Assembly (NCBI GenBank): GCA_043228905.1
Contig: JBHGNT010000010.1
Coordinates: 14,136,001 to 14,200,000, forward strand
Length of the DNA: 64,000 nt
Source of the DNA: Azolla caroliniana
Lineage: Eukaryota > Plantae > Polypodiophyta
Direction: 5' to 3'
The notes under the pieces were generated by a model. The model saw only the letters and a list, made by a program, of their open reading frames with translations. It was not told where the DNA came from and did not search any database. Positions 11,851 to 25,900 of this stretch are shown piece after piece. The first letter of the stretch is position 1. Each line of letters starts with the position of its first letter. Both the position numbers and the translations under genes were made by a program.

Positions 11851-14800
11851 TTAAATGCTAATCACTTGAGCTGATATGTCCGATTCAGTGCTATCTTCAG
11901 ATGTGGGCTTCTCCTTTGCTACCTGGTAAAAAGAAATAATGAGGTGGAAGGGATATATTTTTTGCAGGAATAAAAAGTAAGGCTTTCAGAAGTTTAACAT
12001 TTATTTAGACAATCGATATTAATACAGCGAAGTTTCTTAACTTAATTTTTCCTACATATTTTGAGTATTTTTTCTTATGATTTTGCATTGTTATTTCACC
12101 ACAATTCCTCCTTATAGTTATCTTCCTCACCTTTACAATTTCTGTCACTTAGTGGCAGAGAAGAAATGCAAAAACACAGACCAGAAATAAAAAACTCCAT
12201 GCAATACAACATATTCTGTCCGTTTGGTCTCAGAGAAGAAATGCAAAAACACAGACAAAAAAAACAAACTCCATGCAATATAATATATTCTGTCTGCTTG
12301 GTCTCACAGGAGAAATGCAAAAGCACGGACCAAAACTAACAAACTCCATGCAATATAATATATATACACGCACACACATAATAACACATTATATACAAAA
12401 AAATTTAAAATACATGTCTATTAGAAATCGAAGGACCCAAAAAAAAAGAAAATAACAAAACCTGAGTTTGGGAAAGATAAGCGTCAAAGGAACCTTTGCC
12501 TCTTAAAACCTTCGCGCCTATGCCAAGTCCAGAGGGAGCATCGACAGCAGGGCCCACTGATTCCTCGTCAAGAACAACTGCATCTACCTTCTCACACGGT
12601 TTTGGAGATGCACCAACACTAGGAACCTGAACATTTTTAGAGTTAAACTAGCATTTCTTCAGCTAAAGTTTCCTTGAATACACATGTAATCAATAAAGTC
12701 TAGCAAAGCGCAGAACTAAGAGTTTTTACCTACACAAAGAAATGTTTCGTAAATCACCCCAGACTTTTTCTTTTTTTTAGTGCATGCGAAAGTTCATACA
12801 TGTACAATTTATGATAACAATAATCTTAATTTTCCTTTTTCCAGCATCATCAACCTCATGAGCTATACGTTAAGTATGGCTATGAAAACCCTAAACACAC
12901 AAAGATTAAGTTTCTTTCCTCAAGATTTATCAAGTTCCATAGTTGCATATTCTGTCATATCATAGGAACCCACATACGTTTTTCGAGACATATTTTACCG
13001 ACACATCATGAAATGTGGAAACCCACTCAACTGCCCATCAAGTGTGTGGATTTCAGAAAAGAAGGGAAACAAAAATCAACTGTTATGATAAAAACCAAAA
13101 TACAGTAATTTTGATGCATTCAAGGCTCATTGCAGAAAAGTCAATAAATTTACAAAAGGAAGTGGTGGTGAGGGTTAGGTATCCACTCCATCTCTAGTCA
13201 TGAAAATCTTACTGTGGAATTCTCTCAGTAGAAAGATCTTGCTGCTTCATGGAATTGTTAAATGTGCAGTTATAGGAAGAATTATAGAGAATTATGTGTC
13301 TTTATTACTCTTCTGTGAGTGTATTCATTCAACACTATATACAATGTGCTCCCCAATAACTTCAATAGTGATCAAAATCAAATTTGCAAGGTTATCACTT
13401 GCATAATTTAACTTTCTCTATTTGTAAACGGAAACTACAATATGCAAACTTATATCATTGTATATTGATTGATGATGTTGTGAGATCTAATGGATGTAAA
13501 GGTTTGATGTCTTAATTACAAAACTTCTGCTTTATGGTAATTCCAAAGTTACTTTTGCTCTCTCTGATGTAAGCCTTCAGTATATATCAAAAACTTTATG
13601 CAAAAAATTACTCACGTGAGGATACATCACACAAGCAAACAAACACGCTGCGTACCTCATACATTGCTTCCATGAGTAGCTGTTCAAGAAGTGAACGCAA
13701 ACCACGAGCACCAGTGTTCTTTGCCATGGCTTTCTGAGCTATTTTTCTCAGAGCACCCTCAGTACAATGCAATTTCACCTGGGAGACGGCCATTATTATA
13801 TTATGCATAAAATAATAAAAGGGAAAATATAGTATGAAAAAAAATTCTTAAATTTTTGAGAGATTACAAAATAATAATAAAATGTATGGTACATTATTCA
13901 TAGAAAACATCTTCTTGTATTGCTTGATAAGTGCATTCCTAGGTTCTGTGAGAACCTGCCAAGTAATGGATTTTCCACCTGAGAAACACTTTGGAAGATT
14001 ATATCTTCATTGAGATTCACATTGTATGAAGAAATATAAACCCCTACCTGGACAAGCTGATCTTCATTTAGAGCTGAGAGACTGACAAGAACAGGCAATC
14101 TTCCTATAAACTCAGGTATCAGCCCATATGTTATGAGATCACTGCTTTCCACCTGTATAGAACATGCCAATTTTAGCCTTGCAGATGCAATACTCAGACA
14201 CAACTTTCCATCAACGTGTCACATAGATAGACATCCCATATCCTAATGTATGCAATATATACATTTTACAGAAACACAGATATGTTTTAAAAAATCTTCA
14301 TGCAGTGTATGCATTGCATTCATGATTTCTTAATATATCAAATAGACAGTTCCAATGTTATCCCAAATAGGTTGTTTTAATTTATCAAAACAGATGAATT
14401 TGATGTTAAAAAAAACAGATGTTTTTAATGTTACCAAATTAATATACGGTGTTTATGTTATTGAAGTATATTGTTTCTAATCCAAATAGATGGTTTTAAT
14501 GTTATTCAAGTGAGAAATACAATTTAGAGTATCATCTAGATGCCTTTTCATGCATCACATACATCTCTCTAATGTATCACATGCATGCCTTTTAATATAT
14601 CAAATTGATGTTAAGTGTTAAATGGAAAAGAGGGACAACAGTTAGTGTTATCCGAGGAGAAACATTTTATTGTATCACTTAGATGCATTCATTTTACATA
14701 TATGACATAACTGCACTTTTAAGAATGTATATTTATGATTTCATGTACAGTTGTTGACTCACACATGCCTTTCAATGCTGCCCAAATAGATGGTTTAGTG

Positions 14801-17800
14801 CTATCCTAGCTAGAGATATAACATTTTGGTATTATTTAAAATATACAAGACTTTACTGTATCCAATATGTACAATAGTTTAATATATTACATAAATGTGC
14901 TAATGTTATGTGTTACCACATATATGCATTTTCAATATCTGTGTTCATAATCTTATGCATGTTTGTTGACTTGGGTCCCATCTTACATATTGCAAAAGTG
15001 ATGAAGTGAGTACAGCATCCGTCAAACCATGGGTTCTCAAATTTGCCCTCACAGGAGCTCCAAAGCCGATCGATGAATTCTGCCGTCTGTCAAAAAACAT
15101 GAGCATGAAAGTCAAGTTCACCAGAATAAGAAACCTTCAGGGTGAGCTATCAGAAATACCCATCATCACATATAATTTTGTTTACTTTTTAAGGAAAAAG
15201 AGGTGAAAACAAAGCAAATCTTGCCTTTCTGCAATCGTCTTCTCGAGATCTATGAATGCTCCTCCACAGATAAAAAGGATATCCTTTGTGTCTACCTGAA
15301 ATTTTATTTTTTCAGTGAAAGAAAAAGCAAAAACATTATCACATCTGATCAAATATTCATAATCATTTTAGAGAAACTAGGCACGATGACATTAGCAAAA
15401 GAAACCTGAATAAATTCTCCACGCGGGTTTTTCCTAGCACCCTTCTCGGGGACATTCACCACCTGCAAGACAAATCAGAAGTAAATCATCGAACTTAGCA
15501 TTTGTTTCCAGACTAATTATTTTCAGCATTTCCTAACACACTCACAGTGCCCTCCAATATCTTTAGCAATGCCTGTTGTACTCCTTCTCCCGATACATCC
15601 CGGCTAATATTCACACTTTCTGACTGTATGCGCATCACTCATTAGTCTCCATGAAGTTTTTAAATAACAAATTATGTCATGATGACATCTCACCTTCTTA
15701 GTTATTTTGTCCACTTCATCGATATACACAATTCCTTGTTGTGCCATTGGGATGTTGAATTCTGCAACCTTTAATCCAAGGCACATATTAAAACTTGCCC
15801 AAGATAGGAAGTTATCGGGATAAATGGAATTCATTATTTCCTTTCCAGCATACACTTTTATATAATTGCACAATTTTCATAACAAGTTTGGGAGTCTGTT
15901 TTAATCATGATGGATCGCAGGTTTCAAACCATTAAAAGCTTGTACAAAATCGATTCCACATCTTCACCCACATATCCTGCCTACAAAAAAATAATGTGGA
16001 AAAAAGTTCAAGTAGTTGTCCATCTTAATAATAATAATCAAAGTTAAAACTAAATGTTCATTCTACTGTTGAAAGAAGTTACCGAGAACTCTTATCTTAA
16101 CTATGAAAAAAGGAGATATGGTAGGTTTGTCTTACCTGTGTCAACGTCGTAGCATCTGCGATAACAAAGGGAACATTCACTAGTTTGGCTAAAGTTTTAG
16201 CAAGCAATGTTTTCCCTGTTCACAAAAATCACCAACTAGACTCCATGATTAAAAGATGATTCATGATAATCTGATATTATTATTTATATTTTTTCAGAAA
16301 AGGCACACATATATTTGGGGCGCCTGTGCATAGAGAACGAGTGGGAGAGAGAGAGAGAGATTATACCCGATCCTGTAGGGCCGATCAAGAGCACGTTGCT
16401 TTTCTCCAACTCTACGAAATTCTCGTCATCCTCATCATCCGACAACAAATGGCTTCCAATATTGTCTAGCCTGAAAAAAACAGTCATGTCAATATTGTGC
16501 ACACACAATGCAAGAACCTCTGTATACTCATTTACACAATCATTAATCCATCGCACTTTGAAAACCCAAACATTCGCAGTCTTACTCGGCAGACTCGAAC
16601 TTTGTTCTCTGCAAAGCCTCGCAATAGATGCGTTTGTAATGATTATATACTGCGACAGAGAGAACCTGGTAGGCAAGGTAAAAAGCATCCTTTAAATTTA
16701 AGAAAAGAAGGGAGACATTATGTGATCTCTACATTCATAATTCAGAAAAATAAGAACAATAAATTTTAACTAGAGTTTTGATTGACAAAGTACATTAACC
16801 TTCCATGCTTATAATGCATGGCACAGAGACAAAGATGATTCAGAGGAAGAAAGCTTGGTTTGTTTGAAAACTAGATGGTTATAGGTACTAGACGTCTCAT
16901 ACTAGCAAGGTTATACCTCTCGCAGATTAAGATATGTGAATTCCAAAATTTTTAAAAATCGCCCATTGCATGAAGACAGTGTCTTTAAAACATGAAAATA
17001 TATCACGATAAACAGAAATGCAATTTCATAACTCACATGATCACATAAAAAAAGCTATGCATAGGAAGTAAGCCAACACAACAAGTACACATTCCTATTT
17101 CACATTTTTCTAACACTCCACAATAACTCACCTGAACATATATGCATAAGAAGAATGCCAAGAAAAGTAAATTGATTGAAAAACACATACCTTTTTCGCT
17201 TTTTCTTGACCCACAACATACTTATCAAGAGCTGCACATAGTTCCTTAGGAGTTGGGAGGTCTCTTCCTGTGCTTGATCCTTCCCAACCATCCTTCACAG
17301 TGCCACCGTTACATCCTGAAGACGCCCCCGAACCACCCCCACCACCAAGTTGTGACCTCAATAGACTACTTGTAGGAAAGAGTGTGTTGGGTCCTTGTTG
17401 CAAAGTGATGGGCGGAATACCCGAGCCTTGTTGTTGCCAATGTGGGGGATCATCCGAAGGAGGTTGTCTCAAAAAGTAAGGCATTGCTTCCAATATTGTG
17501 TTCTCTTTCTCTTCTCTACTCGTGAGTGAATTCTCTCCGGTTCCCAATGCATTTTCAGGCCCAACTGATGATGCGACATCAGGTGCACCCGATGATGTGA
17601 TGTCCGAACCAGAATCATGTGAATCCACCTCCACCCCAAAGGGCAAAAGCGAAGGCCTCCCGAGAGGCAATATCTGAGGCCATTTGGAATCCTTCTTTGG
17701 ATTCTTGTTGAGTATTCCCCTAGAATCTTGGAATGTTTCAAGATTCCGAGGAGATCGGGATCGAGGACGTAGTAATGGGGTCGAACCCATCTCCATGGCT

Positions 17801-18030
17801 TGCTTCACATTTATATTCTTTGAAGGGTTGGGTGAATCTGGTCCATCCATTGTCGTCGTATCATCCCCATCCTTGGATGAGGATGAAACACAAGGTGAGC
17901 ATCGGAGTTCTCGAGTGTTGCGTAAGGGTGTGGGGAGGACAACGCAAGTCAGCCTCGATCCATTTCTTAAAATTCTTCTTCCTTGAGCTATGGTTTCTTC
18001 ATTCAACTTTCTAAAGCAAACCCCAGCCAT
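11851..18030 (-). CDS. CLPX: ATP-dependent Clp protease ATP-binding subunit ClpX (plant, probably mitochondrial), 15 coding exons
   Basis: Exons 18030-17191, 16665-16586, 16470-16367, 16215-16136, 15980-15930, 15768-15694, 15623-15546, 15462-15406, 15295-15225, 15086-14987, 14152-14048, 13955-13893, 13778-13656, 12626-12462, 11922-11851 join in frame. Motifs: [27 protein letters not shown], Walker [19 protein letters not shown], Walker [41 protein letters not shown]. The start codon is the least certain part. Confidence 0.95.
12158..12361. repeat. ~75-bp tandem triplication in the last ClpX intron
   Basis: AGAAATGCAAAA..AAACTCCATGCAATA..ATATTCTGTC..TTGGTCTCA repeated about 3 times. Confidence 0.8.
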
Positions 18031-18287
18031 CTCTCTTATCTGTTTCGATTCTGAAGAGAAGAAAGAAAGAAAAAGAAAAGGCAGAGTATATAACAAATCC
18101 ACCCTTGCTTGTTCTTGTTGAGACAAGAACGTCTCTGCTCTGTGTCGCCGATAAAGAAATAAACAAAATATATGGTGAGAAGAAACAATCAGGCCAAGGT
18201 TTTCGTAGTCATCTGATGAGAAGAAATTTTAAGAAGCTCAGTCAGTTCCGCTTCTCTGTCTCTGTGTATATTATATGTGCGCACTCC

Positions 18288-18289
<2 letters not shown>

Positions 18290-18321
<32 letters not shown>

Positions 18322-18712
18322 CCCTCTGATACTCTTGTTCTCAAACAAAAGACCAAAATTTGAAGAAATCCGAACTTTGAATGAACCCTCCTTACAAAGA
18401 GAGGTACATAATAGTGGTTTTATTTATTTATGGATGGATGGATGTAAGCAAGTATATGATAGATATCTGCGACATCTATCTATCTAGGTTTTCGTGGAAG
18501 CCTCTCTGTTTCAAAGACCTACTAAGTTTGTGAAGGAAAACCGGAGAGGGCTATAGGCTAATATGCATCATATAACCTTCCTTCGTTGCTTCTCCTTGGG
18601 AAGCATGCAGCAGCAGCAGCAGGTTCAGGTTCTGGTTCAGGTCCCCGTCCTCCATTCCATAGCTACCTACCTCCTACAGCCTACAAAGAGAAAGAGAAAG
18701 AAAAGAAAAGAA

Positions 18713-18759
<47 letters not shown>

Positions 18760-18830
18760 CCATCCCATATCTATCAATTGTGAGAGAAGGAAGATCTTCG
18801 ACGATGACGACGAAGGGGAGAGAGAGAGAG

Positions 18831-18911
<81 letters not shown>

Positions 18912-18936
18912 TGAACAAAGGAGAGCGCGCCTTTGG

Positions 18937-18978
<42 letters not shown>

Positions 18979-18990
18979 TGTGTGTGTTTG
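18290..18990. repeat. (GA)n and (GT)n microsatellite cluster upstream of the ClpX CDS
   Basis: Runs at ~18290-18318, 18720-18756, 18819-18911 and 18942-18986. Confidence 0.95.
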
Positions 18991-20482
18991 TTGGGTGGGG
19001 GAGTAACTACTTTTATGGTGGTGTTAAAGGAAGGAATGCAATGGAAGAAGAAGAAGAAGAAAGAGAGAAGTGGGGAGAGCTTTGAAGAGGTGGAGAGGGA
19101 GTAGGCAATGAATGAAGTCAATCTCGTGAGTGAGTGAGTGAGTATTGACAACTCAATAGGCAGGCAGTGAGCTAGAAGAATTTGTTGGACTCCCGATAAT
19201 TTGCCAATATTGAATCGGCTCACATGGTGTTCCAGAGTTTCTGTGCAACTTTAGGTTGCGATCAAGGGGAGTCGAAATTGGCTTGTGGTCAGACATACCG
19301 AACTTGAACAAGAGATTCAGGATGTACTAGCATTGGGAGAGCATTATGCCGTCGCCGATTTGAATGTCCTCGATCCCCAGAAAATAATGAAGTTCGTTCA
19401 TGTCTTTCATTTCCACCTTCCTGGAGAGGAGCATCTTGACGTTGTTGATGTCGGCCGGCTGTTTGCCACCGATCACCAAGTCGTCGACATATATAATGAT
19501 GAAGATCAAACCATTGGAGTTGTTCCAAATAAACAACGAATTGTCGGACTTAGACATTCAAAAACCGATTCGGTGAAGAGATTGCGTTATCTTTGAATGC
19601 CAAGCCCTTGGCGCTTGCTTGAGGCTGTAGAGGAGCTTCTTGAGTTGGCATACGGCATTCGGATGTGATTTCGACTTGTGGCCGGGTGGTTGTACCATGT
19701 ACACCTCCTCCTCCAGCTCACCTTGGAGGAATGCATTTTTCACATCCATTTGGTGGAGGTGCCACCTTTTCGCCGCCATGAGTGATAGGAATGTCCGAAT
19801 CGTGGTCATCTTTGCCACCGGGGCAAAGGTCTCTTCGTAGTCGATGCCATGGGTTTGAGCATACCCCTTAGCAACAAGTCGAGCTTTGTATCAGTTAATG
19901 GAGTCATCAACTTTGTGTTTGATCTTGTAAATCCATCAACAACCGATCGCCTTCTTGTGCGGTGGAGGTGCTACAAGATCACAGTTGTCATTGTCAACTA
20001 GTGCTTGCACTTCTTCGTCCATGGCTTCAATCCATCGGGGGTCACGGGTTGCTTCTAAAAAACTTTCCGGCTCTCATTTGGTTGCTACCTTCATCATTAA
20101 GGCATAATGATGTGCCATATTCTCATTGTAGCCGGATCGAGTAACCAGATTCTTCTCGCAGGATGAGTGTCGGAGTTTTTCGTTCGTAGATGCTAGTACC
20201 TTCTTTACACTGGGGGTCCACATAATGGGCAGTCTGAACTCACTATCCAGAGAGCGAGCCAACACATCTGAATCGCTTTTGTGAAATGTTACGTGCGGAA
20301 GCTATATGAAACACAGAATACCGATAGAGAAAAAACAGGTTTAATGGAGAGCTGAAGACACGATGTACGCGGGAGAGATAGAGAGGGAAAAACACACAGA
20401 AAAAACTAAATTCGAATAATGTGTAAACCCTGTGAAAAACTTTGTACAAAGGATGTGCTCAGAGTTCACTTTTATACAAGTT

Positions 20483-22878
20483 TGTTGAGCGGCAAGCTCA
20501 ACTGGAGCCGGATCGGCTGAAAAGCCTGAGCCGGTAAGTGAGATAGATCGGTATGCCGATGAGCAACCGAGCTGGCAAGCTACAGAGTCGGTGAGCAGAG
20601 AGCCAGTTAGCCGGATCCAGCAGTAACCGGAAGCCTAGTAATAAGTTAGATTACTAGGTAGTTATAGTCTCAGAGTTAGTGTCAGATGCTCGTGTGAGCA
20701 TTGAAGTACACAGTACTTCTGTCAGTCCGCGTAGGACTTGTATAAATAGTGCTACTGAGCACAGAGTATGTACAGAGTGTTGACTATTATTTTGAATATA
20801 ACTTTTACGTTCTACTCTCTCTGTCTCTCCCGCATACTCTCTGCATATTTTCTATTTTTTCTGCTTCTTTAACGCTTTCGTAAGCAATCATTTACATGGT
20901 ATCAGAGTGCGAGGGTTGAGAACCTCTGCTGTAGACATTCGCCTTGAGAAGCAAAACCCAATAGGTCGCAAGAACAAACACTGAAGCGGTTATGGACAGA
21001 GAGGTATGGCAAGTTCACTTCCCACAAAGAAACTCGACCGGGGCAACTATGCGTCCTGGTTGTACAAAATGCATCAGTACCTACTGGGGCATGGGTATTG
21101 GAATTTCGTGGAACGAACGAACGAAAAAACACCTAATACGACACATGAGGACTTCCCAGCGTGGGAACAATCGGCAAGCAAAGTGATGTACTGCTTTGCG
21201 TCCAATGTCGGGGATCAGCTGCTGAGCCAAATCCGAGACGCCAAGATGCCGAAGGAGGCTTGGGGAAACCTGAAGAAGGTTTTCGCCGTAAGCACTACAG
21301 CCCGAAAGCTGCAACTCCGACAAGAGTTGAGTAATGTCCGACAGAGGGACTTGTCGGTGGCCAACTATACGGCCCGGATCAAAGAGATCTGTGACTCGCT
21401 TGCCTCTATTAACGTCACCGTAGAGGAAGACGAGATGGTACAGGTCTGTCTTGGGGGCCTGGCGTCTAAGTACAAAGCCTTTCGAACGGCAGTTTGTACA
21501 AGGGAGAATACGCCGTCATTTTTCGACTTACAGTCGATGCTCCTTGTAGAGGAGAACCACGCCGGTGCGTCAACTAGTGCACCCACTGATAGCCGGATGA
21601 TGTACACGGAGGCGGATCGGTCCTGTGGGCGTGGTGGACGAGGCGGGTCGGCACGCAATGGAGGCGGCCGGCAAGAGCAAGAACGATGGCACAAAGATCG
21701 TGCCGACAACAATTCCGGACCCTTCGGGAGCAGGGGGAGTCAATGTGGTACCGGAGGCCGGCAAAACAAATCCGCAACGGAATGCTGGTATTGTGGCAAG
21801 AAGGGCCACAAAGAAAGCGAGTGCTGGAGAAAGCGCGCCGATTCGGACAAATCCGGATCCGGCAAGGCCGGCAAAGCTCGCACTACGCAAACGGATTAGG
21901 AGGATCCAAGAACGGTAAGGGGCCAACCTTGGTGATGAAGCACAAGGCGAACTCAATGAAGAAGACCACTTCCAAATCGGAGGAAATGTGATACGTTGAT
22001 TCCGGCGCGTCAAACCACATGACGAGCCACAAGGAGTGGTTTTCTTTGTTGGAGAAACCAGGAGTAGTCGAAACCAGAGACGACACTCCTCACCCAATCG
22101 TACATGTCGGAGAAGTCCCTTTGAGCCACGTCGGATAGAAGGGGAAGTTGATGAACGTGTTACACATTCCAACAATCACGAAGAACCTGGTGTCGGTCGG
22201 ACAGATCGTTGACCAGGGGATGCAGGTGCGGTTTACGCACCTTGGGTGCTTCATTGAGGATGAGGGCGAAGTTATTGCGCAAGGGCGTAGAGACGGGAGG
22301 ATGTTTATCCTCGACACCAATGACGTCGACACCACTCTATTCGCAAAAGGATAGAAGGTCGAGTCGGACATCGACCTATGGCACAAGCGGATAGGCCACG
22401 TCAATTACCGGAGGCTTCAAGACCTGCAAACGAAACAAGTTGTTTTTGGTTTGCCGAAGTTTAGCGGCCGGAGAGCCCAAGTATGTGAAGCCTGCCAACT
22501 CGGGAAGCAACACCAGCTTCAATTCCCCACCGAACGAAACCGGAGCCGTAACAAGCTTGACCTTATCCATTCGGATGTGTGGGGACCGGCACAGAATGTT
22601 AGTCTTGTCAAGAACTACACGCTCCCGATGAACAACGCTTGGCCACAACCAAGCTTAGAATCAAACACAGAAAACGGGAATGAATGCACGAAACAGTGAA
22701 GAGAAGAGTACACAGGATGTTTACGTGGAAAACCCAAACACGGGAAAAACCACGGCAGTCCACTAACTGCTAACTATCACTATGTAACAATGTACAATAG
22801 ATGAACATAGAGGCAACGACCTCTTGTTCATTGTCTTCGCCACAAGCGGTGGTTACAACAGAGATACGAGCTCTTCGT

Positions 22879-22914
<36 letters not shown>

Positions 22915-25900
22915 GTGTACACTGTTGCACTCTAATCTTGCGCCAACAAGAATGACAACAACAACATCAATACTAAGTTTCCCCTAAGTCATATTTATAC
23001 TAATATGACTTTTCGGCTATTTATAAATATAGCCCCGATGGACTCTCAGAAAACATATTTACGAATATGTCACTTCATCCGGTGAGCACTTCTCACCGGG
23101 CCTTCACCATCCGGCTCTTGCCGGGTACTCGTCATCCGGTTCTCACCGGGTCTTCCGTTGCCGGGTACTCGTCATCCGGTTCTCACCAGGTCTTTCGTTT
23201 CCGGGTACTCCACATCCAGTTCTCACCGGGTCTTCCGTAGCTGGGTACTCGTCATCCGGTTCTCATCGGGTCTTCCGTAGCCGAGTACTCGTCATCCGGT
23301 TCTCACCGGGTCTTCCGTTTCCGGGTACTCCACATCCAGTTCTCATCGGGTCTTCCGTAATCGGGTACTCCACATCCAGTTCTCACCGGGTCTTCCGTAG
23401 CCGGGTACTCCACATCCGGTTTCGGCCTTGGCCTAGTTTGCTCATCAGTACTGTTCTTCTCACTTCCCATCCGGAGGAACCTGTTTCCTAACAAGTCCTG
23501 GCGGGAGTCGATATATCGTCTCCTTCATCGACGACTATACACGACACACATGGATCTACCTCATTGAGCGGAAGAGTGAAGTCTTCGAATGTTTCCGGAA
23601 CCTCCAGAAGATGGTGGAATGGGAATCGGAGAGGAAGATCAAATGCCTGCGGTCGGATGGCAGAAAAGAATATTTTGCCAGCCAATTCAACAGCTATCTG
23701 CAACAAAAAGGAATTCGGCATGAGTACAACTGCAACTACACACCACAACAGAACGGTGTCGCCGAAAGGAAGAACCGGTCACTTATTGATGCGGCAAGGG
23801 CAATGCTGGAGGAGAAGAGCATGCCCAAATTCTACTGGGCGGAGGCGGTCCGGACGGCTGTCTACATCCAGAACCGGATCGGTGACAAGGTGTCAGCTCA
23901 CGAGCTGTATTTCGGGCGCAAGACGAACTTAAGACACCTTAGGATATTCGGTAGCATTGCATATGTGCATGTGCCGGATGAGAAGTGGAGGAAGCTGGAT
24001 GCAAAATCGGAAAAATGCATCCTCATCGGCTATGCTCAAGTGTTATAACCCCCGGACAAGGCAGGTCCGAGTTAGCTAAGATGTCGAGTTTGATGAATCG
24101 GCATCATGGTATTCCTTACCGACTTCGACTTCCGATCCCGTCCCGATGACGGAGGATCAGGCTAGTGAGCTAGAACCGGCCCAGGTAGAGGATGATGAAG
24201 CGTGGACTCAAGATGAGAGTCCGGAATCGTTTTGGGTGAGCGGACCGAATGAGAGACTGAGTCAATCTGACCAGTCCGATGAGGAACCGACGAGTAGTGG
24301 AGACTCTACCGTACTCTCCCCACGCAAGGAACCGAGGAGACAGTTCACGCGCAAAGAGAAAGGGAAAAAGAAGATGCCGGAATTCAAAACCGGCAACGAT
24401 GAGTCGGATCGGTGTGCATCTGACTCTGGCAACGAAGTCCGGACCGGCCAAGAAGGGCCTCAATACGGGCAACAGTGAATTACACCGGTCCACCCGCCAG
24501 AAGGATCCCGTCAAGCGGTACGGGTACAATGAGTACATGGCGCATCACTATGCGTACATGACTAAGGTTGCGGAAGTGCGTGAGCCGGAGAGCTACCCAG
24601 AAGCGGCAAAGGACGCAAATTGGCGTGCCGCTATGGAGGAAGAAATGCAGGCACTGGATGCCAACGAGACATGGGACTTGGTTGACCCTCCCCGTCACTG
24701 CAAACCGATCGGATGCAATTGGGTGTACAAGGTAAAGTACAACATCGACGGTTCAGTTAACCGGTACAAGGCCCGGTTAGTGGCGAAGGGGTACACGCAG
24801 ACCCACGGAATTGATTACGACGAGACCTTCACTCCTGTCGCGAAGATGACGACGGTTCGTGTGGTGCTAGCGGTTGCTACGGCAAGGGGGTGGCATCTTC
24901 ACCAGATGGATGTGAAGAATGCCTTCCTTCAAGGAGACCTTGAAGAACGGGTCTATATGATCCAACCCCCTGGTTTCCAATCAGAGATGAACAAGTCGGC
25001 GGTATGTCGACTGAAGAAGTCACTTTACGGCTTGAAGCAAGCCCCCGAGCTTGGAATGCGAAAATCACACACCGGTTGTGTAAGATGGGATTCGCGGCCT
25101 CCAAGTCGGACTCTTCATTGTTCATTCGGAAAGGCTCAGACGGTCCGGTATGTATACTACTGTATGTTGATGATTTAATCATCACCAGACCGGGCCTTTC
25201 TGAAATCGACCGCGTCAAGTCCCGATTGTCGGATGCATTTGAGATGAAGGACCTGGGGGACCTTCATTACTTCCTCGGGATCAAGGTGATCCACACCCCC
25301 GATGTCATATTGCTCTCACAACGGCATTACACGTTGAATATGCTGTACAAGTTCGGCATGACAGAATGCCGACCTGTCTCCACACCCTTGGACCGGAACC
25401 AAAAACTCCGTCCCAACTCCAGACCAGCCTGCAATGAGAAACGGTTCCGACAAATCGTTGGAAGCCTTATATATTTGACCATCACCCGACCCGATATCAG
25501 CTATCCGGTCGGAGTGATAAGCCAATTCATGCAGAAGCCGACTGTGGAGCACCTTCAGTGCGCGCAACGAATATTGCGATATGTAAGCGGCACGAAGGAC
25601 TGGGGACTGTTATACCGGTGAAGTATAACTGAAGAGTTGGTCGGCTACACAGATGTCGATTGGGCCGACGATGCGTCAGATCGCCGATCGACTTCCGGAT
25701 TTATGTTTTCTCTTGGGAGTGCGGTTGTTGCGTGGAGCAGCAAAAAGCAGCCAATAGTGGCTCTATCTAGCACTGAGGCTGAGTACCGGGGCGCGACCGT
25801 GGCTACCTGCGAAACCATTTGGCTTTGGCGACTGTTACAAGATTTGCGGATCGAGGTACCAACCCCGATCCCGATTTATTGTGATAACATCAGCAACATG

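Noticed and set aside
18105-19223. Short ORFs with RE, HT or CV repeats
   Set aside because: They are translations of (GA)n and (GT)n microsatellites.
23085-23420. Regular ~40-bp repeats resembling CRISPR or iterons
   Set aside because: This is a head-to-tail tandem array inside a solo LTR homologous to 55236-55915.
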